This document shows, piece by piece, positions 9,648 to 19,875 of a stretch of 64,000 bases of DNA (its first letter is position 1; every line of letters begins with the position of its first letter). The stretch comes from Anaerohalosphaeraceae bacterium (lineage in GTDB: Bacteria > Planctomycetota > Phycisphaerae > Sedimentisphaerales > Anaerohalosphaeraceae), in the NCBI GenBank assembly GCA_963675525.2, contig CAXXSL010000011.1, positions 288,001 to 352,000 of the forward strand, written 5' to 3'. A model generated the notes under the pieces. The model was not told the origin of the DNA. It made no database searches and saw nothing but the letters and a program-made list of their open reading frames with translations. A program made the position numbers and the translations under genes.

Positions 9648-12374
9648 ATGTTTAAAAGCATAATGAAAAGTGTCTGTGTTCTTCAGGTTTGTTTTTGCCA
9701 GCTTCTTTTCGCGGCTCTGCCGGTAGCTGATGGTTTGGTGATGCATCTGGATGCCAGTCAGATCACCGGTGTTGCAGACGGCGGTTCCCTGGGGACATGG
9801 ACGGACTTGTCCGGTGCAGGAAACAATGCAACACAGACTACAACCAACGCCCAGCCGACGTATGTTGCCAGTTCATCGGCATTTAACGATTACGCATCCG
9901 TCTCGTTCGTAACGGATGACTGGATGGAATTACCCAACGTGGTTTCCGTCAACAGCTTTACGCTGTTTCTTGTGGGTAAGTTTAATGCAAATGGTTCTGA
10001 GCAGTATTTCATATCCGGTTATGATGCCGGTCTTGGTGGGAACAACCGTCTTCGAATTGCAGAATACGGCTGGTCATCTGTTATGCGTTTTCGTGTGGGA
10101 ACCACAGATTATACCGGCCTTGCTAAAGATTTAAACGCACACACGTTCATGCTGAACTCTGTATCCCAGGCATGGGAAGATGACACCTTTTTTGCGGGGC
10201 AAACAAACAGCTATACAACCACTCCGAACATAAGACTGGGCACGATTTATGGTACTTCTGGATTCCTCAATGGTGAAATTGCTGAAGTGGTTCTGTACAA
10301 CCGGGTGCTGACTGTAGCGGAAACCGAACTGGTTAGAACTTATCTGTCCGACAAATACACTGTTCCCGTCTCGCCAGCCGACCTTGTTGCCGGCAATATG
10401 ATGCTGATTAATGAGAATGCCGGCTGGTGCTGGTATCAGGATGAGAAGATTATCTATGATCCTGTCAGCGGTGATGTTATTACCAGCACGACGAATGAAT
10501 CCGCAGGCTTTGGCGGTACCTCAAATGTAGAGACAACAGCATTTGATCTGGCCACCGGTAAACGCACCCGGGTATACATGAAAAACAATGGCGGGGATGA
10601 CCACAATATGGGTGCTTTTTGGATACGCCCGGACGGCAGATATTTACATATGCACACGGGGCACAACGCCAACGATTACAGCTACTGCCGGACCACTGTC
10701 AATCCGAATGACGGCACTTCATGGTCCGCGGAAAGCTCTTTTAACTGGGAGACCCTCAGTGGTCTTTCAGACAGCGGTAACCTTACCTACCACAACCTTC
10801 ATTATTTATCGGCTGAGGGAACCGGCAACGGCCGTTTGTACAACATCTCAAGACAATTTGATCGAAGTCCGTATATCGTTTACTCCGATAACTGGGGACA
10901 GACATGGGCTTATGCCGGTAAACTTTCTTCGCCCACGACAGGCACCAGTTATTCCAATGGCTACTTCAAATATGCCTCCAATGGTGTTGATCGCATTGAT
11001 TTTATTGCTACTGAACACCATCCTCGCGATTACAATAATAATATCTATCATGGCTATATCCAAGGCGGCAAGAGCTACAACTCTGATGGAACTGAAATCG
11101 ACAATAGCATTTTTGATGAGAATGCTCCCGGCCCGGAAGAATTTACGCCGGTCTTCCTTTCCGGGGCAATCGCAGCGGGTCAATATCACACAGCGTGGAC
11201 CATTGAACTGGAACTTGACGAAAACGATTACCCTGTTTGCCTGTTTATCACACGTTATGGTACGGAATTATACGGTGCCAACGACGGCCGCGGCGCTGCA
11301 GACCATCGTATCTTCTATGGGCGTTTCGACGGCTCATCGTGGACCTATACGGAGCTGTCCAAAATTGGACAGGGCCTTGAATCCTGGGAATCGGATTACA
11401 CCGGTCTCGGTTGTATACATCCTGATAATCCCAATCTGATTTATATCTCCACGCCCTTCGATCCTCGTGATGATACAGAGTATGCCAATCATGAGATCTT
11501 CAAAGGTGTAACCGCCGACAATGGTGCAACATGGAACTGGACACAGATCACATTCGATTCTACGGTCGATAACCTGCGTCCTGCTGTTCCCAGATGGGAC
11601 GCCAATAATACGGCGCTCTTCTGGTTGAGGGGTTATTATCCAGCGTTTGGCAGCAACCCACAGGCAGACTATGACCAGGTACTGGTGGGAATGATCGATC
11701 GTCACAATGAAGCAATTAGTTTGGTCACTTATATTGATGCCGACCCAAGTAACACGACAAATGCAGACAGTTCACCATTTACGCCCACCGGCCCGAGCGG
11801 CATCCCTGGTGCCGCAGACGACCAGTGGCACGAATACACAGAATACGGAAACGCAGGCAGTTGTTATACCGCCAATGAATCGTCTGAAGACGCTCCTATG
11901 TTGAAGACGACCATAAGCGGCTTGGCAAATGGGACCTACGATGTGTTTGCTTACTTCTGGTGTCATCCGTCCAGGGACTGGGGCGTAGCCGGTGGATTTA
12001 CACCATCTGATATACTCTACTTTAACCGACAGTCCTCTCAACATGCCGAAGCATCTGAATTCTTCGGTTCTGTCAGTATTATTGATTACGAAGCGTTGCT
12101 TTATCGCGTTTATATCGGCCGCAGGGAAGTGGTTGGAGGCGCTTCGATCGATGTTTATATTGATGACTATGACAGTTCTCTTGTAAATGGAGCTGATCGT
12201 GCCGTGTATGACGGTGTGGGCGTAGCCAGTGTGATACCGGATTATGCCGGCGATCTCTACAGGGATGGGAAGGTAAATTACATGGATATGGCAGAACTTG
12301 GGCAGGGCTGGCAGACGATTTATGACATGGACACATTAGTCGATATCGCAACTAACTGGCTGGCAGGACTTTAA
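9648..12374 (+). CDS. Secreted BNR-4-repeat (beta-propeller) protein with N-terminal LamG-like module and dockerin-like C-terminus; putative glycan-active enzyme
   Basis: NENAGWCWYQDE, DDHN, Asp-box-like SDNWGQTW and TADNGATW; C-terminal GDLYRDGKVNYMDMAELGQGW. Confidence 0.75.
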   Translation: MFKSIMKSVCVLQVCFCQLLFAALPVADGLVMHLDASQITGVADGGSLGTWTDLSGAGNNATQTTTNAQPTYVASSSAFNDYASVSFVTDDWMELPNVVSVNSFTLFLVGKFNANGSEQYFISGYDAGLGGNNRLRIAEYGWSSVMRFRVGTTDYTGLAKDLNAHTFMLNSVSQAWEDDTFFAGQTNSYTTTPNIRLGTIYGTSGFLNGEIAEVVLYNRVLTVAETELVRTYLSDKYTVPVSPADLVAGNMMLINENAGWCWYQDEKIIYDPVSGDVITSTTNESAGFGGTSNVETTAFDLATGKRTRVYMKNNGGDDHNMGAFWIRPDGRYLHMHTGHNANDYSYCRTTVNPNDGTSWSAESSFNWETLSGLSDSGNLTYHNLHYLSAEGTGNGRLYNISRQFDRSPYIVYSDNWGQTWAYAGKLSSPTTGTSYSNGYFKYASNGVDRIDFIATEHHPRDYNNNIYHGYIQGGKSYNSDGTEIDNSIFDENAPGPEEFTPVFLSGAIAAGQYHTAWTIELELDENDYPVCLFITRYGTELYGANDGRGAADHRIFYGRFDGSSWTYTELSKIGQGLESWESDYTGLGCIHPDNPNLIYISTPFDPRDDTEYANHEIFKGVTADNGATWNWTQITFDSTVDNLRPAVPRWDANNTALFWLRGYYPAFGSNPQADYDQVLVGMIDRHNEAISLVTYIDADPSNTTNADSSPFTPTGPSGIPGAADDQWHEYTEYGNAGSCYTANESSEDAPMLKTTISGLANGTYDVFAYFWCHPSRDWGVAGGFTPSDILYFNRQSSQHAEASEFFGSVSIIDYEALLYRVYIGRREVVGGASIDVYIDDYDSSLVNGADRAVYDGVGVASVIPDYAGDLYRDGKVNYMDMAELGQGWQTIYDMDTLVDIATNWLAGL

Positions 12375-12461
12375 TGCCGTATGCAATCGCCGAATGGTGG
12401 TCAAAGGATGGGTTGCATGATGCACCGTAACGTAAATTGTTGTTTTGCGATTTAAACTCCT

Positions 12462-12495
12462 GTTCCGGGGTCGAGTGAGTACTCGGCCCCGGAAC
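12462..12495. terminator. Intergenic GC-rich stem-loop (terminator or mRNA-stability element)
   Basis: GTTCCGGGGTCGAGT-GAGT-ACTCGGCCCCGGAAC. Confidence 0.6.
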
Positions 12496-12591
12496 GAGAG
12501 AAAACAAACGGGCAGAAAGTTTTTAAACAAAAAGTGGAATCTTCGGTTGGACAGAGAATTCTTCTTTATCTGATTTTTTGGGGTGGATATT

Positions 12592-15261
12592 ATGAAACCA
12601 AGCATGAGCATCTTTTTTATTGTGTGTTTCTTCATTTGTTTTAGTCCGTTTCTTTTTGCAGTCTTGCCGGTAACCGATGGCCTGGTGATACATCTGGATG
12701 CCAGTCAGATCACAGGTGTTGCAGATGGTGCTCCGATTGCGACATGGTCAGATCTGTCCGGCTTAGGAAACGATGCATTACAGACGTTAGCTGACGCCCA
12801 GCCGACGTATGTTACCGCTTCACCTGACGTTAACGATCTCGCAAGCGTTCGTTTTGACGGAGTGGACGACTGGGTGGATTTAGCTGACGTGGTCGACGTC
12901 AACAGCTTCACGCTGTTTCTTGTGGGCAAGTTTAATTCAATCGGCGGTGATCAGTATTTTATATCCGGTCAAAGCGGTGATCCTGTCCTTGACAATCGTG
13001 TTCGAATTGCACAATACGATTGGTCGACTCAATTTCGTTTTCGAGCGGGTACGACAGATTATTCGACTCCAGAAAAAAATACAGCCGCGCACACGTTCGG
13101 GCTAAATAGTGTCTCGGATGCATGGTTGGATGGCAGCTTTGTTGATGGGCAAACAAACACCGCATCAGGATTAACTCCGGCCCTGAGTCTGGGCTCGTAC
13201 AAAGAGGGATCTAGCGGTTTTCTCAATGGTGATATTGCCGAAGTGGTTCTGTACAACCGTGTTCTGGATGCTGCGGAAGTCGCACAGGTCAGTGCCGAGT
13301 TGAACACGAAGTATGCCACCGCCCAATCAACCAACACCCAATCAAGTATTACAGTGGACTACGCGGTTGATCTGGGGGCATCTAATCAGGTTGCAAGCGG
13401 ATTATTGCACGGTATCAGCGCCGATCATCCTGCACAATACCTGATCGATGGTATTAAAGTAAACGCTGTCCGTGGGGCAGATTATTATGGGTACCTTCCT
13501 AATTGTTACGAAGCAGACACTTACAACCGAATTAAAGCAACCGGTGCCGATCTAATGATAGGATTGTACTATAGAGCAAAAGAAAGTGGTTATTGGCCTG
13601 GCGATGGCGGGGATTGGCAAACATGGAGAGATATATGTACGGATATATATAATGAAGCCCAAACCAACAATTACGATATCTATTCCTGGATACCCTGGAA
13701 TGAACCGCGTCTTCAGTGGGGTAATTTGAACACGTATAAGCGAGCGCATAAGGAAGCTTATCAAACAATTAAAGCACTTAATCCGGCAGCGAGGATTCAG
13801 GCGCCTGAAGATCATGCTTATAGTCTTAGTTTTTTGTCTGATTTTCTGACTTACTGCAGAGACAATGGTTGTCTTCCGGATATTCTGGCGTGGCATGAAT
13901 TATCCCAAGACCCTTTAGACGTTGAAGCTCATTGCAGTGAAATAAAGTCATGGATGCAGAATAACGGAATTACTCCCATGCCGATTGCTGTAACAGAGTA
14001 TCAGGGTGGTTCCTATTCGAATGATAATACGTCCATACCCGGAGTCAATGTTTATTATCTGGCCTCCATGGAAAGAGCGGTTCAGCATGGCTTTGCATTT
14101 GGATTGCACGCATGCTGGAGCTGGTCTGGAAGTGATTCCAATTTTATCGCTACATTGGCAGATATGGCGAATAAGGATGGCGCCAATTTACCCAGAGGTT
14201 TATGGTGGAATTACAATGCTTATAAAGACATGACAGGCAGAAAAGTTCAGGTTGGTATAAGCGGCTCAAATGGCGATGCCTTTGCAAGTTTAGATAATGA
14301 TATGAACAGATCGATCATTTTGATTGGGACGAAAAATTATACAACTTATCACGATGTATCTTTGAACCTGAATAATATCCCTGATTCTCTAACATATAAT
14401 GGCAAGATTCATATAAGAGCAGAAATGATTCGTGATGAAATGGTTCTTATGTCTCCCGAGGTAATGGTTGCAGGAGACTATTCTATATCTGGCGGTGCTG
14501 TCGTGTTGGACTTACCAACATTGGACCCGAAAGCATCCTATATGGTATATGTCTCACCTGCTACCAGTGATGCCCCGGCAACGTCTTACGAGAGCGAAGC
14601 TCTTAGTGCTACTTTTACAGCAGGGAGGACACACAGGGTTTTTGATGAAGCAGCAGCCAGTGGCGGCCAGACTACAATCCTCGAAGCGACTGCTGATGGC
14701 GATTATGTAGAATATCAGATTCCTTCGCCGGGCGAAGGAGTTTATAATCTGTCTGCCATACTGGAGAGTATGGATGACCATGGATTTATGCAATTGTATA
14801 TTAACGGTCAAAGTATGTGTCCTCCTGAAGATCAATACAGTGATACGGAAGGGTACTATGCAAATGACTTTGGCAATATTTATGTAGGTTCAGGGGATTT
14901 ATATCTCAAATTTGTAGTTGTTGGGCAGAACCCCAGCTCGCAAGGAAAATGGATAGTGTTTGATAGATTTGATCTAACTAAACTAAGCAGCCAAATCTTC
15001 GAGCCGACCAACTGTCAGGACGTGCAGAGTTTGGGTTACAGGCTGGACGAGGATCTCAATGGCGATTGTCAAATTGGAATAGCGGATTTAATGCTGCTGA
15101 CCGATCAGTGGCTGTCAAGCAGTCCCGTGGCCGTACCACCCAATTATTCTCCGGATATTGTAGCTGACAATGAGATTAATCTGGCCGATTTTACGGCTAT
15201 GGCCAATCAGTGGTTAGTCTGCAATGATCCAGCGACCGTAGGCTGCATTGAAAACTGGTAA
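12592..15261 (+). CDS. Secreted clan-A glycoside hydrolase (GH39-like) with N-terminal LamG-like module, CBM6/35-like domain and double dockerin-like repeat
   Basis: WIPWNEP (acid/base), LAWHE, IAVTEY (nucleophile); YESEAL...GDYVEY CBM-like; DLNGDCQIGIADL and DIVADNEINLADF. Confidence 0.72.
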   Translation: MKPSMSIFFIVCFFICFSPFLFAVLPVTDGLVIHLDASQITGVADGAPIATWSDLSGLGNDALQTLADAQPTYVTASPDVNDLASVRFDGVDDWVDLADVVDVNSFTLFLVGKFNSIGGDQYFISGQSGDPVLDNRVRIAQYDWSTQFRFRAGTTDYSTPEKNTAAHTFGLNSVSDAWLDGSFVDGQTNTASGLTPALSLGSYKEGSSGFLNGDIAEVVLYNRVLDAAEVAQVSAELNTKYATAQSTNTQSSITVDYAVDLGASNQVASGLLHGISADHPAQYLIDGIKVNAVRGADYYGYLPNCYEADTYNRIKATGADLMIGLYYRAKESGYWPGDGGDWQTWRDICTDIYNEAQTNNYDIYSWIPWNEPRLQWGNLNTYKRAHKEAYQTIKALNPAARIQAPEDHAYSLSFLSDFLTYCRDNGCLPDILAWHELSQDPLDVEAHCSEIKSWMQNNGITPMPIAVTEYQGGSYSNDNTSIPGVNVYYLASMERAVQHGFAFGLHACWSWSGSDSNFIATLADMANKDGANLPRGLWWNYNAYKDMTGRKVQVGISGSNGDAFASLDNDMNRSIILIGTKNYTTYHDVSLNLNNIPDSLTYNGKIHIRAEMIRDEMVLMSPEVMVAGDYSISGGAVVLDLPTLDPKASYMVYVSPATSDAPATSYESEALSATFTAGRTHRVFDEAAASGGQTTILEATADGDYVEYQIPSPGEGVYNLSAILESMDDHGFMQLYINGQSMCPPEDQYSDTEGYYANDFGNIYVGSGDLYLKFVVVGQNPSSQGKWIVFDRFDLTKLSSQIFEPTNCQDVQSLGYRLDEDLNGDCQIGIADLMLLTDQWLSSSPVAVPPNYSPDIVADNEINLADFTAMANQWLVCNDPATVGCIENW

Positions 15262-15527
15262 CCAGTGGTATTGTGAAAATGCTGAAAAGTACAAGATGAT
15301 TATGAAAATGATCTCAAGTGAAGCTGTTTAGGACTGCCGGAAACCGCTATACAACAACAGGTTTCTAGGCCGGCGATATCCAGATCCATCTTTGTAATTC
15401 AGCTTTTTTGAATAGATACATGGTTTTCATGAAAATTTATAGAGAAAACAGTTTAAATTTGGTTGAAATAGCCAATTAATTAGTAGGTAGAAATACGGAA
15501 TTTGCCTCTACATTGCAGTGAATTATG

Positions 15528-16203
15528 CTATAATGGACACGCTATTAATTTTCGGGGACAATTCTCGTGAATATTCATTCCGTGAACATTGATCGTTCTG
15601 TTTCCATAAAGTGCCTGCGGTCGCCTGAACGCATCCAGTGCCGGAACATTGCCTAAAACCAGTTGAACCACCGCCCAGGCAATCCATTCCGGATGCGCTG
15701 GACACCCGGGAATGTTAATAATGAGTTTACTGGGGTCGATTGAACTAACAAAATCCGGACAACTGACGACACCCGAAGGATTGCGTTCGTTCAGATCCGG
15801 GCCGGACATCGGTTGCAATGATGCACGCTCGCCCATCGAAAGCAGTTGGCACACCGCCCTCAAGCACCAGCACATAGCCGCCCTTGCGTTTGGCTTGGTT
15901 GGCCATTGTTACGGCAGTCTGCCCTGCCAACGCCATCACGACCTTATGATACGCCTGGTTCACATGGGTTAGCAGAACGTCTGCTAGCGTTAGGGTTGAA
16001 CCCGGCAACGCAAAATCGTCGCTGAACAGGTTCAGGAAGGAAACCGAATCTCCCTGGCAACCGCTGCCATGAAGCCAAATCAAGGTTGGCGCCCCACTGC
16101 TGGCAAGAGCCGCTTCCAGTCGCTGAAGATCCCCAATACCCAAGCCCAGCGCCGCAACAGAAGCTGTGCAGTATTTTAGAAAATCACGTCTTGTTACCCT
16201 CAT
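15528..16203 (-). pseudogene. [NiFe]-hydrogenase small subunit pseudogene
   Basis: Tat signal VTRRDFLK and IWLHGSGCQGDSVS, then a frame change to INIPGCPAHPEW...IHENCPRK followed by truncation; no large subunit nearby. Confidence 0.85.
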
Positions 16204-16783
16204 TATTGTTCCTTTCCTGGAAAATCTCACACATTATTGTGCTGAAAATTAGGTCGGATTGTGATAATCAACAAGCTCAAGGGCCTTTTTGATTTCATTT
16301 TGAGGGGGAATCTCCGGAAGGATAGGGCTCAGTTTCCAGAGTTTCCCCACAGCAGAAAATATGATATCAAAAGCTCCGCCCGAAAAATCGAAAGCCTCTT
16401 GGAATTTGACAAGAATCTCGATCGTTACCTTTGTGCCCATCATGCCGTATCATATTGGGCGATGAATCCATTTTGAGCATAAACGAAAACAGATAATAGG
16501 AGTGTACTCAGAATAGAGAATCTAAGAATAGCATACTTTGATTTAAAACCCATCACCCGATTAATCTTCCTCAAATGTATTCATCCCCAAAACTACCCGC
16601 CCAAAATCAATTCCTCGCACTATCTCAGTTGCACTTCCATATATGTGTATTATTTTAATGAATGACGTGATTGAATGCAGCTTAGAAACAGGCATTCAGG
16701 AGTTTTTTTGTATATTAGTAGTCTTCCTGTTTATCAATGTCTACAAAGATATTATACCCTTTACCTGAACTATCCAGATACAA

Positions 16784-17250
16784 CTATGCATTCTTGGTCA
16801 TCCACTGTGTCAGTACCCGCCAGAAAAGAATACAACGCGGCATTTCATCCAGTCCGGCCAAAACCGTAATGCCCGTCGTCGTAAACCCGCTCATCGCCTC
16901 AAAAAAGCCGTCCACGAAAGAACACTCCAGGATAATTTGGAATGGAATCGTTCCCAATATAGAAAAAGCAATACAGACCGCCGCGTATAATAATGCCGCT
17001 CCCGTATTATCGAGAGTACTCCGCTTAAAAAGGACAGGCAGGAATCCGCCAAGAACACAAGAACCAATGGCCGGAAAAAGAAATGCATACACACAGACCA
17101 GTCCCTGACTATCGGTGTTCCGATAATACAAGGCAATGATCATTGGAATAAGAAGGATAAACCCAAAAAAGAATAAGCAACCGCCCCATAACGTGAAACA
17201 CCGCCATTACCCGAACCAAACTGTTTCGGATGTAAAATCTCCAATCACCT
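16784..17250 (-). pseudogene. trkH: TrkH potassium-uptake permease fragment
   Basis: FFEAMSGFTTTGITV...ILFWRVLTQW, then a premature end; the upstream TM segment (VFHVMGRLLI) is in another frame. Confidence 0.85.
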
Positions 17251-17402
17251 AAGTCCATTATCGATAGAAGACCGGACAGCTAAACCGTTTTTTGCCAGGA
17301 ACGCCCTTTTTCATCAATGGACGAGGTAGTTCAAGTTCCTCTGGGTGTGTTACATTTCATTTGATATTTTGCATGGTTTTTAATTTTTTTCAATTTTTTC
17401 TA

Positions 17403-17431
17403 TTGACCCCGGATGTAGTGGTCGATATAAT
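17403..17431 (+). promoter_or_regulatory. Sigma-70 promoter of the trp operon
   Basis: TTGACC-N17-TATAAT. Confidence 0.8.
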
Positions 17432-17438
17432 TGTTACT

Positions 17439-17504
17439 ATGCATAGAAACAATGTATCTCGTACGTTCTTTTGGTGGCGACCTGCTCGGGACCTCGGCAG
17501 GTAG
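17439..17504 (+). CDS. trpL: trp leader peptide
   Basis: MHRNNVSRTFFWWRPARDLGR*, with tandem Trp codons upstream of trpE. Confidence 0.85.
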   Translation: MHRNNVSRTFFWWRPARDLGR

Positions 17505-17581
17505 GAGCGGACGGTTTGTATTGGCACACCGAATTCGACGATCGCGACCTGCTCGCTAAATAACAGCAGGTCGTTTTTTTT
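17477..17581 (+). promoter_or_regulatory. trp transcriptional attenuator
   Basis: GCGACCTGCTCG occurs at 17477 and 17544, and GGCAGGT (~17496) can pair with either. The terminator is GCGACCTGCT...AGCAGGTCGT plus a T run. Confidence 0.85.
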
Positions 17582-17622
17582 ATAATTTCCCTGAAAATGA
17601 ACAAAAAAAGGATTACAATAAC

Positions 17623-19242
17623 ATGAATAATTATAAACATCGAATCGAACAGGCCCAACCGGGGCAGATCATCCCGATGGTACAGGAGATCGACATTACC
17701 TGTCCGGTGGAGTTCTTTGCCAAACTCAGTGACTACGGACGTAACCGGCACTGCTGCCTGTTCGAGTCCCGTGATCATCTGTCCGAAGGCGGCGGCGGGG
17801 AGTTGACATTCGGCACCGCCAACCCCGCCCTGCATCTGACCGGAACCGCCAACACCTTTGTTCTTGAATCGCTCAGCAATACGGGCAAACGCATGATCGG
17901 GTACCTGACGCAGCATCGGGAACGTTTTGCTTTTTGCAAACAAGTCGATGTTCAGCCGGAGCGGATCAGCGGCCAACTGGGAACCAATGACGGCATCATG
18001 GATGAAGAGTCACGTTTGAAGAGCATCAATCAAATGGATGTGATCCGGGCCGTCGGGTTTGCGTTTGAGTTGGCCAGCCAGCCGTTCCGTGTAACCTGCG
18101 GCCTGCTCGGAGCGATCAGCTATGACTTTGTCGATCAGTTTGAAAAACTGCCCGCTAACAGCCAGGACGTGCTGGGCAACCCGGACTATGAGATGTATTT
18201 CGCCGACAATATCTTCCTGATGGATCACAGGCACGGCAAAGGTTACGTGGTCGTCAATGCCATTATTACCGATGATGACCGTGATGGAATCTATGAGGAA
18301 TCGCAGCAATGTTTTAACACCTATTTTGAAACCGCAAAAAAACAACGACCGGAACCAAACTCCTTGGCGTCGACCACTGAAAAACCCGGTACGGATACGG
18401 ATCAGGAAACATACGAATCCATGGTGCGAACAGCCAAAGAGCATATCATCGAAGGTGATATTTTCCAAGTGGTCCTGAGCCGCACCATTACCGAACCGTG
18501 TCCCGCCGAACCGCTGGATGTGTACCGTAAACTGCGAACACTGAATCCTTCACCGTATATGTTTTACCTGAACACACAGAACACCACGCTGATGGGCGCC
18601 AGCCCTGAACTGAATTTACGTGTCAGCGGAACCTGTGAACGCTATGTCGAGATACGCCCCATCGCGGGGACCAAACCCCGCGGCCGAAAAGACGGAAAGA
18701 TCGACCCGGACACGGATATCCGTTATGAAGCGGAATTGAAGCTGGACCGAAAGGAACTGGCCGAACACATGATGCTGGTGGATCTGGCCCGCAATGACAT
18801 CGCCCGTGTTTCCGAGCCCGGCAGCCGGATCGTCAATGAAATGCTCATTACGGAACGCTATGAATCGGTGATGCACCTGGTCAGCAACGTTAAAGGCAAA
18901 CTGCGAAACGACCTGGATGCTCTGAGTGCTTATCTTGCGACGATGAACATGGGCACTCTGACCGGAGCGCCAAAGATCGAAGCGATGAAAATTATTCGTC
19001 AGCTTGAAAAAAACAAACGCGGCTATTACGGCGGCGCCGTCATGTACCTGACCGTGGACGGACAGTTTGACAGTTGTATCACCATTCGAAGCCTGCAGGT
19101 CAAAGGCAATACCGCTTACATTCGTGCCGGTGCCGGTATCGTCCACGACAGCATCCCGTCCAGTGAATTTGATGAAACGCAGCATAAAGCCAATTCGTGC
19201 ATCAAAGCCATTCGCATGGCCGCAGAAAACGGAAAACAGTAA
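17623..19242 (+). CDS. trpE: Anthranilate synthase component I
   Basis: LFES, GDIFQVVLS, NPSPYMF, PIAGT, KELAEHMMLVDLARND, GTLTGAPK. Confidence 0.97.
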   Translation: MNNYKHRIEQAQPGQIIPMVQEIDITCPVEFFAKLSDYGRNRHCCLFESRDHLSEGGGGELTFGTANPALHLTGTANTFVLESLSNTGKRMIGYLTQHRERFAFCKQVDVQPERISGQLGTNDGIMDEESRLKSINQMDVIRAVGFAFELASQPFRVTCGLLGAISYDFVDQFEKLPANSQDVLGNPDYEMYFADNIFLMDHRHGKGYVVVNAIITDDDRDGIYEESQQCFNTYFETAKKQRPEPNSLASTTEKPGTDTDQETYESMVRTAKEHIIEGDIFQVVLSRTITEPCPAEPLDVYRKLRTLNPSPYMFYLNTQNTTLMGASPELNLRVSGTCERYVEIRPIAGTKPRGRKDGKIDPDTDIRYEAELKLDRKELAEHMMLVDLARNDIARVSEPGSRIVNEMLITERYESVMHLVSNVKGKLRNDLDALSAYLATMNMGTLTGAPKIEAMKIIRQLEKNKRGYYGGAVMYLTVDGQFDSCITIRSLQVKGNTAYIRAGAGIVHDSIPSSEFDETQHKANSCIKAIRMAAENGKQ

Positions 19243-19256
19243 AACAGGAATTTATC

Positions 19257-19850
19257 ATGAAAACGAAAATCCTATTTATCGATAATTTTGATTCATTTAC
19301 ATACAACCTCGTTGATGAGTTCGCCAAACGTGATTGTCTAACAAAAGTGTATCGCTCTGACACCCCGCTTGAGGTACTGATAGAGGCATCTGCCGGTTTT
19401 TCGCCGGATCTGCTGGTCTTGTCGCCGGGGCCCGGTAATCCGGATACGGCCGGGGTTACATTGGCGGCCATCGACTATTTTAAAGATAAGTTGTGCATCT
19501 TAGGGGTTTGTCTGGGACATCAGGCCATTGTGCAGTATTTTGGCGGCACTATAAGTCATGCGCCGGAAATCATGCACGGTAAGCCCTCGCGGATCACCCA
19601 TGACGGTTCCGGCGTCTTTGAAGGGCTGGAAAACCCGCTTCAGGCCGGGCGTTACCACAGCCTTTGCGCCACGACACTGCCGGATTGTCTAGAGGAAGTC
19701 GCCGATTTTGAAGGTATTGTCATGGGCATTAAACATAAGGAACTCCCCGTTTACGGCGTTCAATTTCACCCGGAAAGTATTTTAACGCCAACTGGCGGAA
19801 AAGTTATTGAAAATATTCTTAAAATCGCCAACAATTCCAGAAGCAACTGA
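19257..19850 (+). CDS. trpG: Anthranilate synthase component II
   Basis: IDNFDSFTYNL, SPGPG, GVCLGHQ, GVQFHPES. Confidence 0.96.
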   Translation: MKTKILFIDNFDSFTYNLVDEFAKRDCLTKVYRSDTPLEVLIEASAGFSPDLLVLSPGPGNPDTAGVTLAAIDYFKDKLCILGVCLGHQAIVQYFGGTISHAPEIMHGKPSRITHDGSGVFEGLENPLQAGRYHSLCATTLPDCLEEVADFEGIVMGIKHKELPVYGVQFHPESILTPTGGKVIENILKIANNSRSN

Positions 19851-19875
19851 TTCCCTTTATTTACAGGAGTACAAT

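Noticed and set aside
6165..13320. Repeated gene segments as a diversity-generating retroelement (TR/VR)
   Set aside because: No reverse transcriptase in the window; the differences do not appear adenine-specific, and the repeats are N-terminal coding modules.
16249..16476. Short overlapping ORFs on both strands
   Set aside because: No recognisable motif; they lie in a decayed AT-rich region.
17322..17342. GAGGTAGTTCAAGTTCCTC as a tRNA T-arm remnant marking the island end
   Set aside because: Does not match the Ile2 T-stem, and no acceptor-stem sequence follows.
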